Part shown: piece by piece, positions 14,322 to 25,587 of the stretch
How the letters are laid out: each line of letters begins with the position of its first letter
How positions within the stretch are numbered: position 1 is the first letter of the stretch
Origin: Chiloscyllium plagiosum
Lineage: Eukaryota
Assembly: GCF_004010195.1 (NCBI RefSeq)
Contig: NC_057719.1
Coordinates: forward strand, 40,092,872 to 40,156,871
Length of the DNA stretch: 64,000 nt
Reading direction: 5' to 3'
Program-made: the position numbers and the translations under genes
The notes under the pieces: model-generated
What the model saw: only the letters and a program-made list of their open reading frames with translations
What the model was told of the DNA's origin: nothing
Database searches by the model: none

Positions 14322-15529
14322 ACAATGCTTAGAAAGTACCTGTTCCTCTTAGGTGAAAGGTCAATAACAACAAGGTATAGTTTTAGGACCAACCTATGTA
14401 TTCAACTGGTGTGCCATTTCCGTTTTCTATCACAACATCTACAATTTCTGACCGAAAGGGACCTACATTTGGCTTCATTTTTTTTTAGGAATTGCTACAA
14501 AAAGACAAAAAAGAATTCACAACGTTACTGGCATATGCCACAGATGAAATGAAGCAATTACTTTTAGTACAATAATTTTGCAAAATATGATAAAAATTTT
14601 AATTTTGCATTTAACCTGACTTTTACGAGAATAGTTTTAGAATGAAACAGAAAAACAAATGAGCTCAAAAGTCAACTGAAACATTCCTGAAGTTATTGGG
14701 TTTGAATAGTGAAGATATAACAAAGTTTTAAAACTTTGTTAGGAACCAGAATGTTTGATACAGAAAAACAGCAACCTAATAATGAATTGGCAAATGATAG
14801 TGTAATACATAATCCCTGTATATTTCTTGGAAGTCTATACACAACGACCTAGAGATCAATCACTGAAGCCAATGAAAAATCAGTTTAAATTATCTGGCTT
14901 TCTTTTTTCATGTTCTTCCTCTTTTACCCCATTATACTTGAAGATGGCAACATATTTAGGCATAAAACCCAAGTACCAGGATCATGTTTCCTCAAGGCAA
15001 TTCTAGATGAGAATGGTCTTTCAGCCAATTTTCTTTCATTCAACAATAAAGACTCAGCACCTTCTGCATTGTTGCACCTGATTGTTTAAATTATCCCTCT
15101 AAATAGGAGTCCTTTCCAAGCATGCTTACTACCAGGCAGAGCATTAGCTTTGACACACCACAATACCCTGATTCAATCCTGCAAAGTTGTCTACCTATTT
15201 GTTTTGGAGTATCAGGAACCACACATTAAGCTCAAATCAGTGTGTTTAATAGCTCAATTGGTATTAATAATCCTGCCTTTTGACTTGGGATTTATCGAAC
15301 AGAATGACAACAAAGCTCTTTTTAACATTTTTGTGCTGCAGAATTGCAAAAGAAGAAACCAACAAATGAAAAAATAATTCCAAGCACAAATATGATAAAC
15401 TTTCCTATGCTTCAAAAAACCAGAATGCCAAGACTCCAGACATCTGGCCTGAGGGCCACAATTTGGACATTCTGGTCTTGGACTTTGACATAAAGATCCA
15501 TCAAAGTTTTACTGAAGGTCTCTTTTGAA

Positions 15530-15950
15530 AGAGAAATTACTTGCATTTTTATTGCAATTTTTCTATTTTCAAAATATCCCGAAGCACTTCACAGAATCAG
15601 CATCAAACAGCATGGAAACAGACCCTTCACTCCAATCAGTCCACACTGAATATAATACCAAACTAAACTAGTCCCACCTACCTGCTCCTGGCCCAAATCC
15701 CTCCAAACTCCTCTTATTCATGTACTTATCTCAGTGTCTTTGTAACTGTTCTGCCAAAAAAGAATGTTGCATGAACGAACAAGACCCCACAAGTCGCAGA
15801 GAGTTAAATATTGGCTTGGACACAGAGAAAGCTCCTTATACCGCTTTGAAAATGTCAAACTGAACAAATGGATGAAGTCTTGATTTAATGTCACATCCAA
15901 ATATGGAGCAAACCTCTCATACTACATTCAAGTTTTTGAGTGCAGCTCAA
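15530..15950 (-). mobile_element. Ancient DeuSINE (SacSINE1/AmnSINE1-like) remnant interrupted by a CR1 tail (~15608-15745)
   Basis: Minus strand GGATGTGACATTAAATCAAG...GGAGCTTTCTCTGTGTCCAAGCCAATATTTAACTCTC resembles the Deu domain. Confidence 0.55.
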
Positions 15951-15959
15951 ACTCAATCT

Positions 15960-16267
15960 TTAGATTAGATTACAGTGTGGAAACAGGCCCTTCGGCCCAA
16001 CAAGTCCACACCGACCCGCTGAAGCGCAACCCACCCATACCCCTACATTTGCCCCTTACCTAACACTATGGGCAATTTAGCATGGCCAATTCACCTGACC
16101 TGCACATCTTTAGACATTGGGAGGAAACCGGAGCACCCGGAGGAAACCCACGCAGACACGGGGAGAACGTGCAAACTCCACACAGTCAGTCGCCTGAGGT
16201 GGGGACTGAACCCGGGTCTCAGGCGCTGTGAGGCAGCAGTGCTAACCACTGTGCCACCGTGTCACCC
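15960..16267 (-). mobile_element. HE1-like SINE, young
   Basis: Very similar to 9899-10205; TAGATTAGAT tail. Confidence 0.88.
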
Positions 16268-17739
16268 ACTGCCAGAATGCTCCTGTACCAATAAACCAAA
16301 TGTGACATGGTCAGGTTTTGGAAATACAAGGGTATTAAAACACATAACTAATTCTTGCTTTTCTAAAAACAGCCAAACAATACAAACATCTTATAATATA
16401 TTCCAATTTAGATGTCATAAAATCTATCTAAACATTTAATGATTGCAATAAACTGGCATGCATAAGGATTAGTGACAGAATTGTTTTGCTTGAAGGTCTA
16501 TTGCAAGCACTTTTAATCTAACCATCTGTAAGACTAAATAATCAGTCTGAAATTCTTAACCAGGGCTGAGTTTATTGATATCCATTTGGGTAGTTGTGTG
16601 AGGGGTTACAATTGGACTTGGTACCCAATGTAAAAACAGAAGAAACAGACTTGGCTCCCACCCTCCAACTTATATTCATGTAAATAGTGCAATAACATTA
16701 GGTCAAAATAGAATCATACTCCTATCCGCTCCCTCTCCACCACTGTATCTTCTGCCAACACACTAGAAAAAGTAGTTGGTGCCACTGACATCATCAATAT
16801 GTACCATGAACTAGAAGTCATTGGTACATGCACATTGCCACTGATGGTTATAAATCTGACCAACCTCACATCACAATTGCAGTTTACACGCACTGTTTTG
16901 GTCTCCAATGCCCATCTCCCTGGCTACCCGCTCCCTTATTGCCTCTTTCTTCCTGTTCCCTTATTTAGGGAGGATTGGTAAATAGTAAAGAAGCAGGACA
17001 GAGAGTGAGGGATCAAAGCCTGGTTGCCATGGAGGTAATGAACAGGCCAGCCAAGTATTAGAATGGGCCAGTGTGAAAATCACAACCCCCGGATTTAAAC
17101 TTAATTCATTTATAAGATTTGAACATGTGCCTTTTTATTGGTTCCAAAGTTTTCATGCAAGCAGTTACCTATAGCGTTGTTACAAACAATTCATACTGCT
17201 TGGGTGGTCAGTGCACCTGTGCAGCTGTGGTGGCAGCAGACACAGCCATGAGTCAGGTGAATTACACCACAGAGCTGATAGTACCCTTGAATTGTATTTA
17301 ATTCAGAAATCAATGCCTTCAGGCAAATAGTGAAAGAGTTGGAGAGAAGTGTATTGAAATAAGGTCGTAAGCCTGCTAAATCTTCCACATTAATTTTCAA
17401 ATGTAAAATTTAAAGCACTCACATGATAAACTGCTAATGTTAATGAAAATATTTTCCATATAAATGTTTTATTACACAAGACATGGAAAACAAAGAATGT
17501 GGCTGATGTTGCACTGCCTCAAAGAACCTTAAGATTATTCTGACTCTATAGTGGTTAGCAGCAGAATGATCATGAAGAAGAATGGCAAGCTATGGCTGCA
17601 TACTAACATCAGATTCTTGACCTTTAATGTCACATTCTTAGTATTATGAACATAAATTGGAAGGACCTGAACCAAGGAAAGAATTGATTAAGCAGCACAC
17701 ATACGTTCAAGGAAACTTTAACCAAAAGAAAACAAATAC

Positions 17740-17816
17740 CCCATTTTCAAAACGCTTTTCTGTAGACAGATGAATTCCATTCCATCTATTCAGTTGATCT
17801 TGAGACTGATGTCCAC
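17740..17816 (-). CDS. PPP1R13B: PPP1R13B exon 4 (77 nt)
   Basis: Acceptor cttttGCAG, donor GGG|GTATTT. Translates (S)GHQSQDQLNRWNGIHLSTEKRFENG; the ending resembles ASPP1 EKRTENG. Phase 1 in, phase 0 out. Confidence 0.9.
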
Positions 17817-17989
17817 CTGCAAAAGCATACCAAAGTATCTTTTGAAATATGCCCAGTTGGATTCAAGTTAAGTCAGTTAGAGATTTTAAAAAATGGATAC
17901 AAAATCTCAAGTCCTAATGTAGCATCGCATTCACCACAAAGGGTGTATGATAATGTCAGAAATTATTGCCTATTATGCAAGTGCATTAG

Positions 17990-18225
17990 TCACTACCAAA
18001 TCTCCCATTGTGGCTCTCAGTGTGTACCTTAGCCCTGTGTCCAAGTAAGGGGTTGTGAATTTGAGCCCAACTTGGTCTGATAATGGGGTGCAGAACTGAA
18101 TCACAACTATATGATCAGAGACACTATGTTGTTGAGATATCAAAATAAGAGTATGCTTTGCTAATTCAATTATTTCCAATTGTAGTGATGTTCTCATGGT
18201 ACTATTGGAAGAGCAGTGAATAGCA
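17990..18225 (+). mobile_element. Ancient DeuSINE-like remnant
   Basis: tRNA-like head plus CTCATGGTACTATTGGAAGAGCAG, a Deu-like motif. Confidence 0.45.
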
Positions 18226-18931
18226 GAACTGTTTTTTTTTAAATTAAACAATGAAAGGGTTAAGCAAATAAGTTTAAATTAGTATGCGATAAAAATAGAA
18301 ATAAAACAAGGAAATTCTTTTTCGCACGAAGTGTTCTGCATTTGAAATAAGCTTGCAAATAAGGATAATTGAGATGAAAAGTCTGGAATAATTTAAGGGA
18401 TAACATGACATGACAACAGCAGGACCACAGGGATATTCAGAATGGGTGAAGGACGATCAAAGGTGCTCCTCATCCTGCAATACCTTTATTACATTTTGTT
18501 AAACGGTGAGAGATTGACCTTTTGCCATTTCACTCTAGGCTGTTTCAGACTACTGCTGATTAATTTCCATGACAATATGATGAAATGTGGTAGTCTTAAA
18601 ATATCAAATAATAGAAATCAAAGTTGACTTCCTGCACGAATAATTCTGATTAAACCTTTTCGTATGAAATGCAGGGCTATGGGGAAAGAGCAGGTGAACA
18701 GAACAGTTGGATAATTCTTTCAAAAATCTGACACATGTACAGAATGGTCTCTTTACATACTGTATGCATATATGGATTGCCAAAAAATTCCAAATCAGCT
18801 TTTTTACACTATAGTTTGAAACTGCACAAAACTCCGCAGATAAACAAAGAACTAAAATGGTCCAGCTCCTGGCATGCAAACATTATTCCATATTCATAAA
18901 TTCTTAAAATATATTTCAGTGTTTTACTTGC

Positions 18932-19051
18932 TTTGTTCAATATTTTCATTGGGTGAATCTTCATGACGGAGAAAGAATTTTACTTCTTCTCTACGAGGTC
19001 CCCACTTCTGCAGATGCTCATACATCATATGGTCAGAAGGAATGGCACGTT
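18932..19051 (-). CDS. PPP1R13B: PPP1R13B exon 3 (120 nt)
   Basis: Acceptor tttctttgatAG. Translates (E)[39 protein letters not shown], nearly identical to ASPP1. Ends at a GC donor (AAA|GCAAGT). Confidence 0.95.
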
Positions 19052-20529
19052 CTATCAAAGAAACAGGATGTTATTGCCTCTAGAACATAACATCAACTTT
19101 CCTTGAATTTTCAAAAGTAAATAAAATGCTCGACTTTCTAAATAACTTGTTATAAAACACATCCTTTAGTGAGAATAATGCCCGGCTTTAACGATATAGA
19201 AGGCAACAATCCAAATCAAGTAGTTAATAACCCAATGATGCCTAAAATTTACTACTCGTTCTTTTTTATTTTAAATTAGGAGCATTCCAGCTCAAAACAT
19301 ATATACAGTAAAGGTGGGCAAAAGGATAAATACATGAATGGCGACTGTAAAGTTGAAAGTTGTATGGTATCACAGAACACATGAATATTTTGCTTCTCAA
19401 AGACTACAAGAGATAGACCGCAAATAATTAAGGACATGCACAGAAACAGAGAAGGGGAAGAGCACAAAGACTGACATTTCTTGTGATATAAAACTTGAAT
19501 GGGAGGGCACAGCTACAATGGTAGGTAAAATCATCTGAAAATAGAATGATGAAGTGGACCGATAAACAGACATTGTATTAGATTAGGGGAATAAGTTGAC
19601 AAGTACGAGACGTTAATTAATATAAATAAATGCAAGGGATGGGTTTAGGATAGGGGCTTAAACTGGATTAGAAAAATAAATAATACTGTATGCTTATATA
19701 GATTGCCAAAAAATTCAAATTAGTTTTTGATGCTGCACCCAACTCCAAAGAAATGCTTGGAGAGAATTAAAATGGTCCTATTTCTGAGACAGAACATGGG
19801 AAGGAAGTCTCAAATACTGATCTCTCATTCAAAGAAGCCACAAGTGGATAGAAGAATGATTTTAAATTTCATAGTCAAAGATAAAATACAAACTGTCAAG
19901 GTTAATAGTGAGCTTGCATGGAGCACTTGGTCAATACTATCCAGAGCAAGTAAAAAGAGAATACAGTCAAGCATGTAGCTCTGTCGCGCTGTGTAAATTC
20001 AATGTTATTACATTTGCATAGCTTTTGTTTTTGAAGCTTATCCCTGCCAGAATTATGCTAACCACAAAGCTGAAAAACAAAATCTTCTCTGAGCTTCATT
20101 CTCAGAGAGACAGATTTAGACCAATTCATATCGAATAACCTGCCCTGAAAACTCTGCTCATATTTTGGACAGCCAGGAAGCATGGCTCCCACAACAACCT
20201 ATAGAAGTCAATTTTCCATATTCCCCAATATTAAAACCTTTAAAAACTTCCTTGGACTAAATACGTTTAGCTTTCTCACTGAGATCTACAATAATTTGAG
20301 ATATATTGTTTGCCAAGTATGTTGCAAAAACATTATCTTCATTCACCACCGGTGGTGAAAGGAATAATCACATACTTCTGACCATGAAACCTGATGGAAA
20401 CATCTTAGTTTTTTTATGTGCATTCAATCTGCAGCTAAACAGATTAGGAAATTTTCATCTGAGTTGAAGCTGAGAATCTATACACTTGATTTCAGCACTC
20501 TGGTACAGTAATAAATTGAACTATAAAAA

Positions 20530-21050
20530 TTGTTTTTACAGATCAGAGACAATGAGTATATAATAGACAAAAAAAGAGAAAGCAGTTAGGTCCAAAATCA
20601 ACAGCATTGTTAAAGGGATAAGTTTTGAAGAGGCTTTTGAAAGCAAGACAAGAGGAATCAGAGCAAAGTGTTTTTTTCTCAGAAGAATCCAGAGTATAAC
20701 AGTTAGATATTTAAAAGGTGGCGCTAAAATTTAAGCATTGTTGGCTGAGTCAAGCGTCAGGTAGAGATATATGACTGGAGGTGATCACTGAAGCATGAAA
20801 TAAAAACAAGTATTGTAACCGCAAGTCAAATGAACTGGGCACACTGGTGCTTGGCAAGAAGAACAGTGGTTTAAGGATAATAATGCCAAGGTTTAGGATT
20901 TCTGCAAGAAAAAGGTAGAGTGATAGGTCAAAGTGAAGGCAGGAAATGTTGTACAAGTTGAAAAATGCAATTTTGGCAATGGAACAGGTCTGGGAAAGGA
21001 ACAGTAAGTCAGGGTCAAGCAACGTGACAAGTTTCTGAGGTTAAAAACAC
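20530..21050 (-). mobile_element. Ancient L2-type LINE remnant
   Basis: LDPDLLFLSQTCSIAKIAFFNLYNISCL resembles the L2 RT C-terminal motif. Confidence 0.55.
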
Positions 21051-21845
21051 AAGTTAAGTTGACCTGGAGATTTCACACAACCTATTCATGTATGAAGCAG
21101 GTCACTTGGTGAATACCTCACTGAAGCAGTAAAATGGATATTTAAAAAAGGAGTGCATAAACACAAAACGTATATTCCTAAACTCGCAGGAATCCTGTTT
21201 CCTTCAAACGATCAACATGGCCAAAATCTATACACTTCAGGAAGAAATTTAACTTTGAAGAAAATGTTATTGGTAGCCAGTGCTTTTGAAATGAGAAAAA
21301 AAAATATTCATTCATGAATAACAATCAAAAATGTAAACTTTTTGTATATATTAGATACAGATCTATGACCATTGCGTGAATTAACATCAGTATTACTGCT
21401 TCTATAGTGTACAGCAATGCAATGATTTGATTTACAGGATTGCTCACTATCCTCTTCTAAAATTCAAATAGCCTCATTCACAGACATTTTAAGCTGAAAA
21501 TAATGCTTCCATGATAAGGTAATTAAGTATGTTGTTCATTGCCTAAAATAGCATCTAGAGTTGGTATAACTTCTTCTGCCCTGTGAAAACTGCAGAAATA
21601 CAATTGGAGGTGCAACTCTTCTCCAGGAATCTTTTTTTGTAGAAACATTAAACCAATCATTGACTCTGTATACAATGTTTACTGGAGAACTGAAGTTAAA
21701 TTTATGCCAAAAACAATACCAGTTTGTTGTTCCAAATTAGCAAAATCAGTCAAAATTCAAACAGAAATTAACCTACCGTTCCTCATTTAAACAAATGCTG
21801 ATATAAATTAATAGTTCATATTTATAACCCAAATTATAAATATTT

Positions 21846-22144
21846 TAGATTAGATTAGCTTCTCTACTGTGTGGAAACAGGCCCTTCGGCCCAACAAGTC
21901 CACACCGACCCTCCAAAGAGCAACCCACCCAGACCCATTCCGCGAACACCACGGGCAATTTAGCATGGCCAATTCACCTAACCTGCACATCTTTGGATTG
22001 TGGGAGGAAACCAGAGCACTCGGAGGAAACCCACGCAGACACTGGGAGAACGTGCAAACTCCACACAGACAGTCGCCAGAGGCTGGAATTGAACCCGGAT
22101 CCCTGGTGCTCTGAGGCAGCAGTGCTAACCACTGAGCCACCGTG
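21846..22144 (-). mobile_element. HE1-like SINE
   Basis: (TAGAT)n tail plus family body and head. Confidence 0.87.
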
Positions 22145-22840
22145 ATTTACATTTATAAACTTAGAAAGCAACGATTTATTTTTATCTGAACTGGAGTCAT
22201 TTTTTCCTTACTGCCAAATGTTCCTGGTTACCATCACTTTTACATTTTAAAACAGTGTCTCCACATTTAAATAGCCCACTTGCATAATTGGCAGGTCTCT
22301 GTTGATGTTACACAAATGCGTTCGTATCTTAGGTCTGAGACTAACAAGGATTCTGTTTCAATCCATCATCAATCTCAGTTAAAGCAATGCAGCCTTAAGT
22401 GAAGGTGGACACAAAGAATAAACCATCCAGAAGTCCTGTTATTACTTGCAATTCACAGAGGCCTCTGCCAAAACAGAAGTGCTTATTGACATTATGTGAG
22501 AGGATACGTTCATCCATAATACCCAACTCCCAAACAGAAATGACCACTTAGATAAGTACCAGAGGACTGCTGGTATCCATTCGCTCCACAGAACATGAGT
22601 TAACAACTTCAGATGATTAAGGGAGTAAATTGGAAAGCTTTGAAAAAGAAAAATATCAGCTGCACATGAATGCAGCAACTTTATTCTAACATATTCCTTT
22701 GCAGTGTGTAGCAGCTATGCCTCTTTGATTTTGAAACTACATAATATATATACAGTAAAAGTGAGAATATCCTATTCCATCACTGAGTTTGAAATAAAGA
22801 ACCTGTTGGTTATTCTATCAACTGTCTACCTTCCAGAACA

Positions 22841-22933
22841 TTTTCTGAAGAAGGGCTCATGCCCGAAACGTCGATTTTCCTGCTCCTTGGATGCTGCCTG
22901 ACCTGCTGCGCTTTTCCAGCAACACATTTTCAG
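22841..22933 (+). mobile_element. 93-bp Penelope-terminus insert with minimal hammerhead motif
   Basis: Perfect 15-bp direct repeat CTACCTTCCAGAACA at 22826-22840 and 22934-22948. Core reads CTGAAGA-A-GGGC tcat GCCC-GAAAC-GTC at 22845-22872. Confidence 0.8.
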
Positions 22934-23234
22934 CTACCTTCCAGAACAATTTGGCTATCTTCATTCGTCTTCAATTTAAAACAGGTTAATCTTTGACAAA
23001 AAAAACTAGATATTTATTATATTCTATTCCTTAGTTGTAAAAGCGTTATGTGATTTGTTTTAGCCCATCATTCCTTTTTGTTCATTGCAAACACTACTGA
23101 TTTAAATTTCAGTGCATGATTACACGAGTTATTAGATTCTTATATATCAGAGAAGAAGTCTGGTGCAATAAAAATGGCTAATTATTTTTATTAGTTCTCA
23201 CAACAGTTGTTAACAAGGTGAAATTTCAATGTTC

Positions 23235-23465
23235 AGGAAATTCTGTGATAACGTGAATTTCATTGTTGTGAATTCGCTATAACGCAATTGACAAATTGTT
23301 TCTAAAGGGCTAACTTTTAAAAATTGTGTATTGGTTGTAATGCAATTCTAGCCCCATTAGTTTAAATGGTGCTGCTATCATGCAATTTTCTTATAACATG
23401 GGATTGCATGTATAACATGGGATTGCATGAGAACGGAACTACCGCATTAAAGCGGAACCGACTGT
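23235..23465. mobile_element. Tc1/mariner-type MITE fragment with a 19-bp tandem duplication
   Basis: TIR-like end GCATTAAAGCGGAACCGACTGT; TATAACATGGGATTGCATG x2 at 23392-23429. Confidence 0.45.
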
Positions 23466-24427
23466 TCTGTTAATATTCATTAATTTATTGATTAGGTTAC
23501 AATAAAGGGCAGCCACGTTTTTGGGCTACTTTGAGCAAAGGAATAAATTAAGTATTATGATTAACTTGTAAAAGGAATCTGGACAGATGCTCTCCAGTCC
23601 TTCGAACAATCCTGGAAAATGAGACCATGAGTACACATGGAAAACAAGAATAAATTACTCTTGAAACAAATGGCAGAGAGTTACAAACATAGAAACAGGC
23701 TGTTCAGAAATCTGGCTGATGCCAGTATTCATGCTCTAAGTAAGCTTCTGTCCACCCTACGTCATCTCAGCTTTTCCGTATATTCTTTTAGTCTTTTCCC
23801 CTAAATGAACTTATCTAGTTTCCCCTCAAATACCCCTAACTATGCCAGTCAATTATACCAATGAAGATACTGAGTTCCACAGTCTAACCACTCACTAAGT
23901 CAAATGCTTCTCCCAAGTTCCCTATTAGTTTGAGAATAATTATTTCATTTTTATGGCTACTACATAGAGACAACACTAACCTTCCTCCTAATTAGAAACA
24001 TGCTGTCTACATCTACTTTACTGAATCCCTCCCTAATGACAAATACTCACATCAGGTTCCTTCTGTTTTCTACTTTTCTCAAACTGCACAGAATCATATT
24101 GGGCTTTCTAGTACGCAATAGTCAAAGTTCACAATCAGGTCTATTTTATTCATATTAGATGCTTTCAGTGACCTGAACCCTTCCTGCCATTTGGTTTCTT
24201 CCACAGAAGGAATGGGGAGCTTGGAAAAATATGGAATTGCTAGACGTTCTCGATCACTCACATAGGGTTAGAGTTAAATAAGAGATGGTGCCTGAATTGA
24301 TTATTAACTTGTTTTGTCACTCAGGTGATGGGAAAAGCAGCAAATTACCACAGAGTGATAGTTGAGCACTTAGTAACTGATGGTCTTTTTTGGTCAAAAC
24401 ATTGACATGGACAATGATAGATATTTG

Positions 24428-24557
24428 GAGAAAGACAGGACTGCAGATGCTGGAAATCAGAGTTGAAAAGTGTGGCTCTGGAAAAGCACAGCAGGTCAGG
24501 CAGCATCCAAGAAGCAGGAGAATAATGTTTCGGGCATAAGCCCTTCATCAGGAAGGG
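24428..24557 (-). mobile_element. Penelope-terminus insert (same family), degenerate hammerhead
   Basis: TSD TAGATATTTG (24418-24427, 24558-24567). Minus strand reads CTGATGA-A-GGGC ttat GCCC-GAAAC-ATT. Confidence 0.78.
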
Positions 24558-24588
24558 TAGATATTTGACAAATATGTGCAACACTCAC

Positions 24589-24736
24589 CATTTCCTCGCC
24601 ACACCTCAGCCAAATGGCAACCGATCTCACCAGGCTCTTTACAGAATTCAATAACATCTTTACATGTTGTTTCTGGGGTTATAGGGACTTCAGTTAAACC
24701 CTGTTCATTGTTACTCAAGTACACAGTCAGTATCAT
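24589..24736 (-). CDS. PPP1R13B: PPP1R13B exon 2 (148 nt), ubiquitin-like/Ras-association domain
   Basis: Acceptor ttttttGCAG, donor G|GTGAGT. Translates [65 protein letters not shown] and WRGN fit ASPP1 better than ASPP2. Confidence 0.96.
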
Positions 24737-25189
24737 CTGCAAAAAAGAAAAGATTTTACATATTAAACTTAAACTATAATGATTTCAGTTTAGGTTTTAA
24801 TAAACTCAGATTTCCAAAGAACACCTTGTACATTCAAACTTAAACCTATTTTTTAAAAGGACAAACTCATTTGAACAGAGACCAACAATCTTTTCTGAAG
24901 AACAAATTTACTTGAAATATTCTGGGTTATAGCTCTCAATGGAACACAGTATAACTGTTGAGATTCTGGACAAAGTTGAAAACAAATCAATGAAAGCATA
25001 TTTATTGCTTTAAAAATAAATCATAGAGCCTGGAAACAGATCTTAACATTTTCATTTAAAAAGAATGCACTTGCCTCAGCAATATTTTGCATCAAATGTA
25101 TAACTTACTGTATAGCTAACACTAAACTGTAGCTCAACCTACCAATATGTCTTTAAAAGAACCCCCCCGAGCCAAATTTAAAAGAATGA

Positions 25190-25378
25190 TGTTAAAATTC
25201 ACACAACACCAGGTTATAGTCCAACAGGTTTAACTGGACACCAGGTTGTGATAAACCACCTGATGAAGGAGCGGCGCTCCGAAAGCTAGTGCTTCCAATT
25301 AAACCTGTTGGACTAAACCTGGTGTCGTATGATTTTTAACTTTGTACACCTTAGTCCAACACCGGCATCTCCAAATCA
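25190..25378 (+). mobile_element. Second-family Penelope-terminus insert with inverted arms
   Basis: TSD TAAAAGAATGA (25179-25189, 25379-25389); inverted segments ~25191-25233 and ~25299-25340. Confidence 0.75.
25257..25291 (+). ncRNA. Minimal type I hammerhead ribozyme motif
   Basis: CAC-CTGATGA-A-GGAGC ggc GCTCC-GAAA-GCTA-GTG: stem I CAC/GTG, perfect 5-bp stem II, palindromic AGCT in place of stem III, CUA cleavage triplet. Confidence 0.7.
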
Positions 25379-25392
25379 TAAAAGAATGACGG

Positions 25393-25587
25393 CATTCAAA
25401 TAAAGACAAAATACCGAGCATGTTGGAAATCAAACAAACACCGAGAATGCTAGGGAAACTCCGACTCAACTCCATCAGAACCTTCAATTCTGACGAAGTC
25501 ATACCAGCCTAGTAATGTTAACTCTGCTTTTCTCTATCCACAGATGTTGCCAGATCTGCTGAGTTTCTCCAGCATTGTGTTTTCTTC
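25393..25587 (+). mobile_element. Older third-family Penelope-terminus remnant
   Basis: Degenerate CTGACGA core and a CCACAGATGTTGCCAGATCTGCTGAGTTTCTCCAGCA tail, flanked by degenerate AAA(A/G)GAATGA(C/T)G repeats. Confidence 0.6.

Larger units (their letters stand above)
12720..14390 (+). mobile_element. CR1 LINE RT region with two nested SINEs
   Basis: REVMLELYMTLVQSQLEYCVQFWS. Confidence 0.8.

Noticed and set aside
1..17739. PPP1R13B exon 5 (VGNPRVELTLSELQ...)
   Set aside because: I found no matching sequence by eye; it probably lies beyond the left edge of the window.
24548..24742. ORF-track 64-aa ORF as a standalone gene, or assignment to TP53BP2
   Set aside because: It is exon 2 read through its splice sites. 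The residues and the ATP5MJ synteny favour PPP1R13B.
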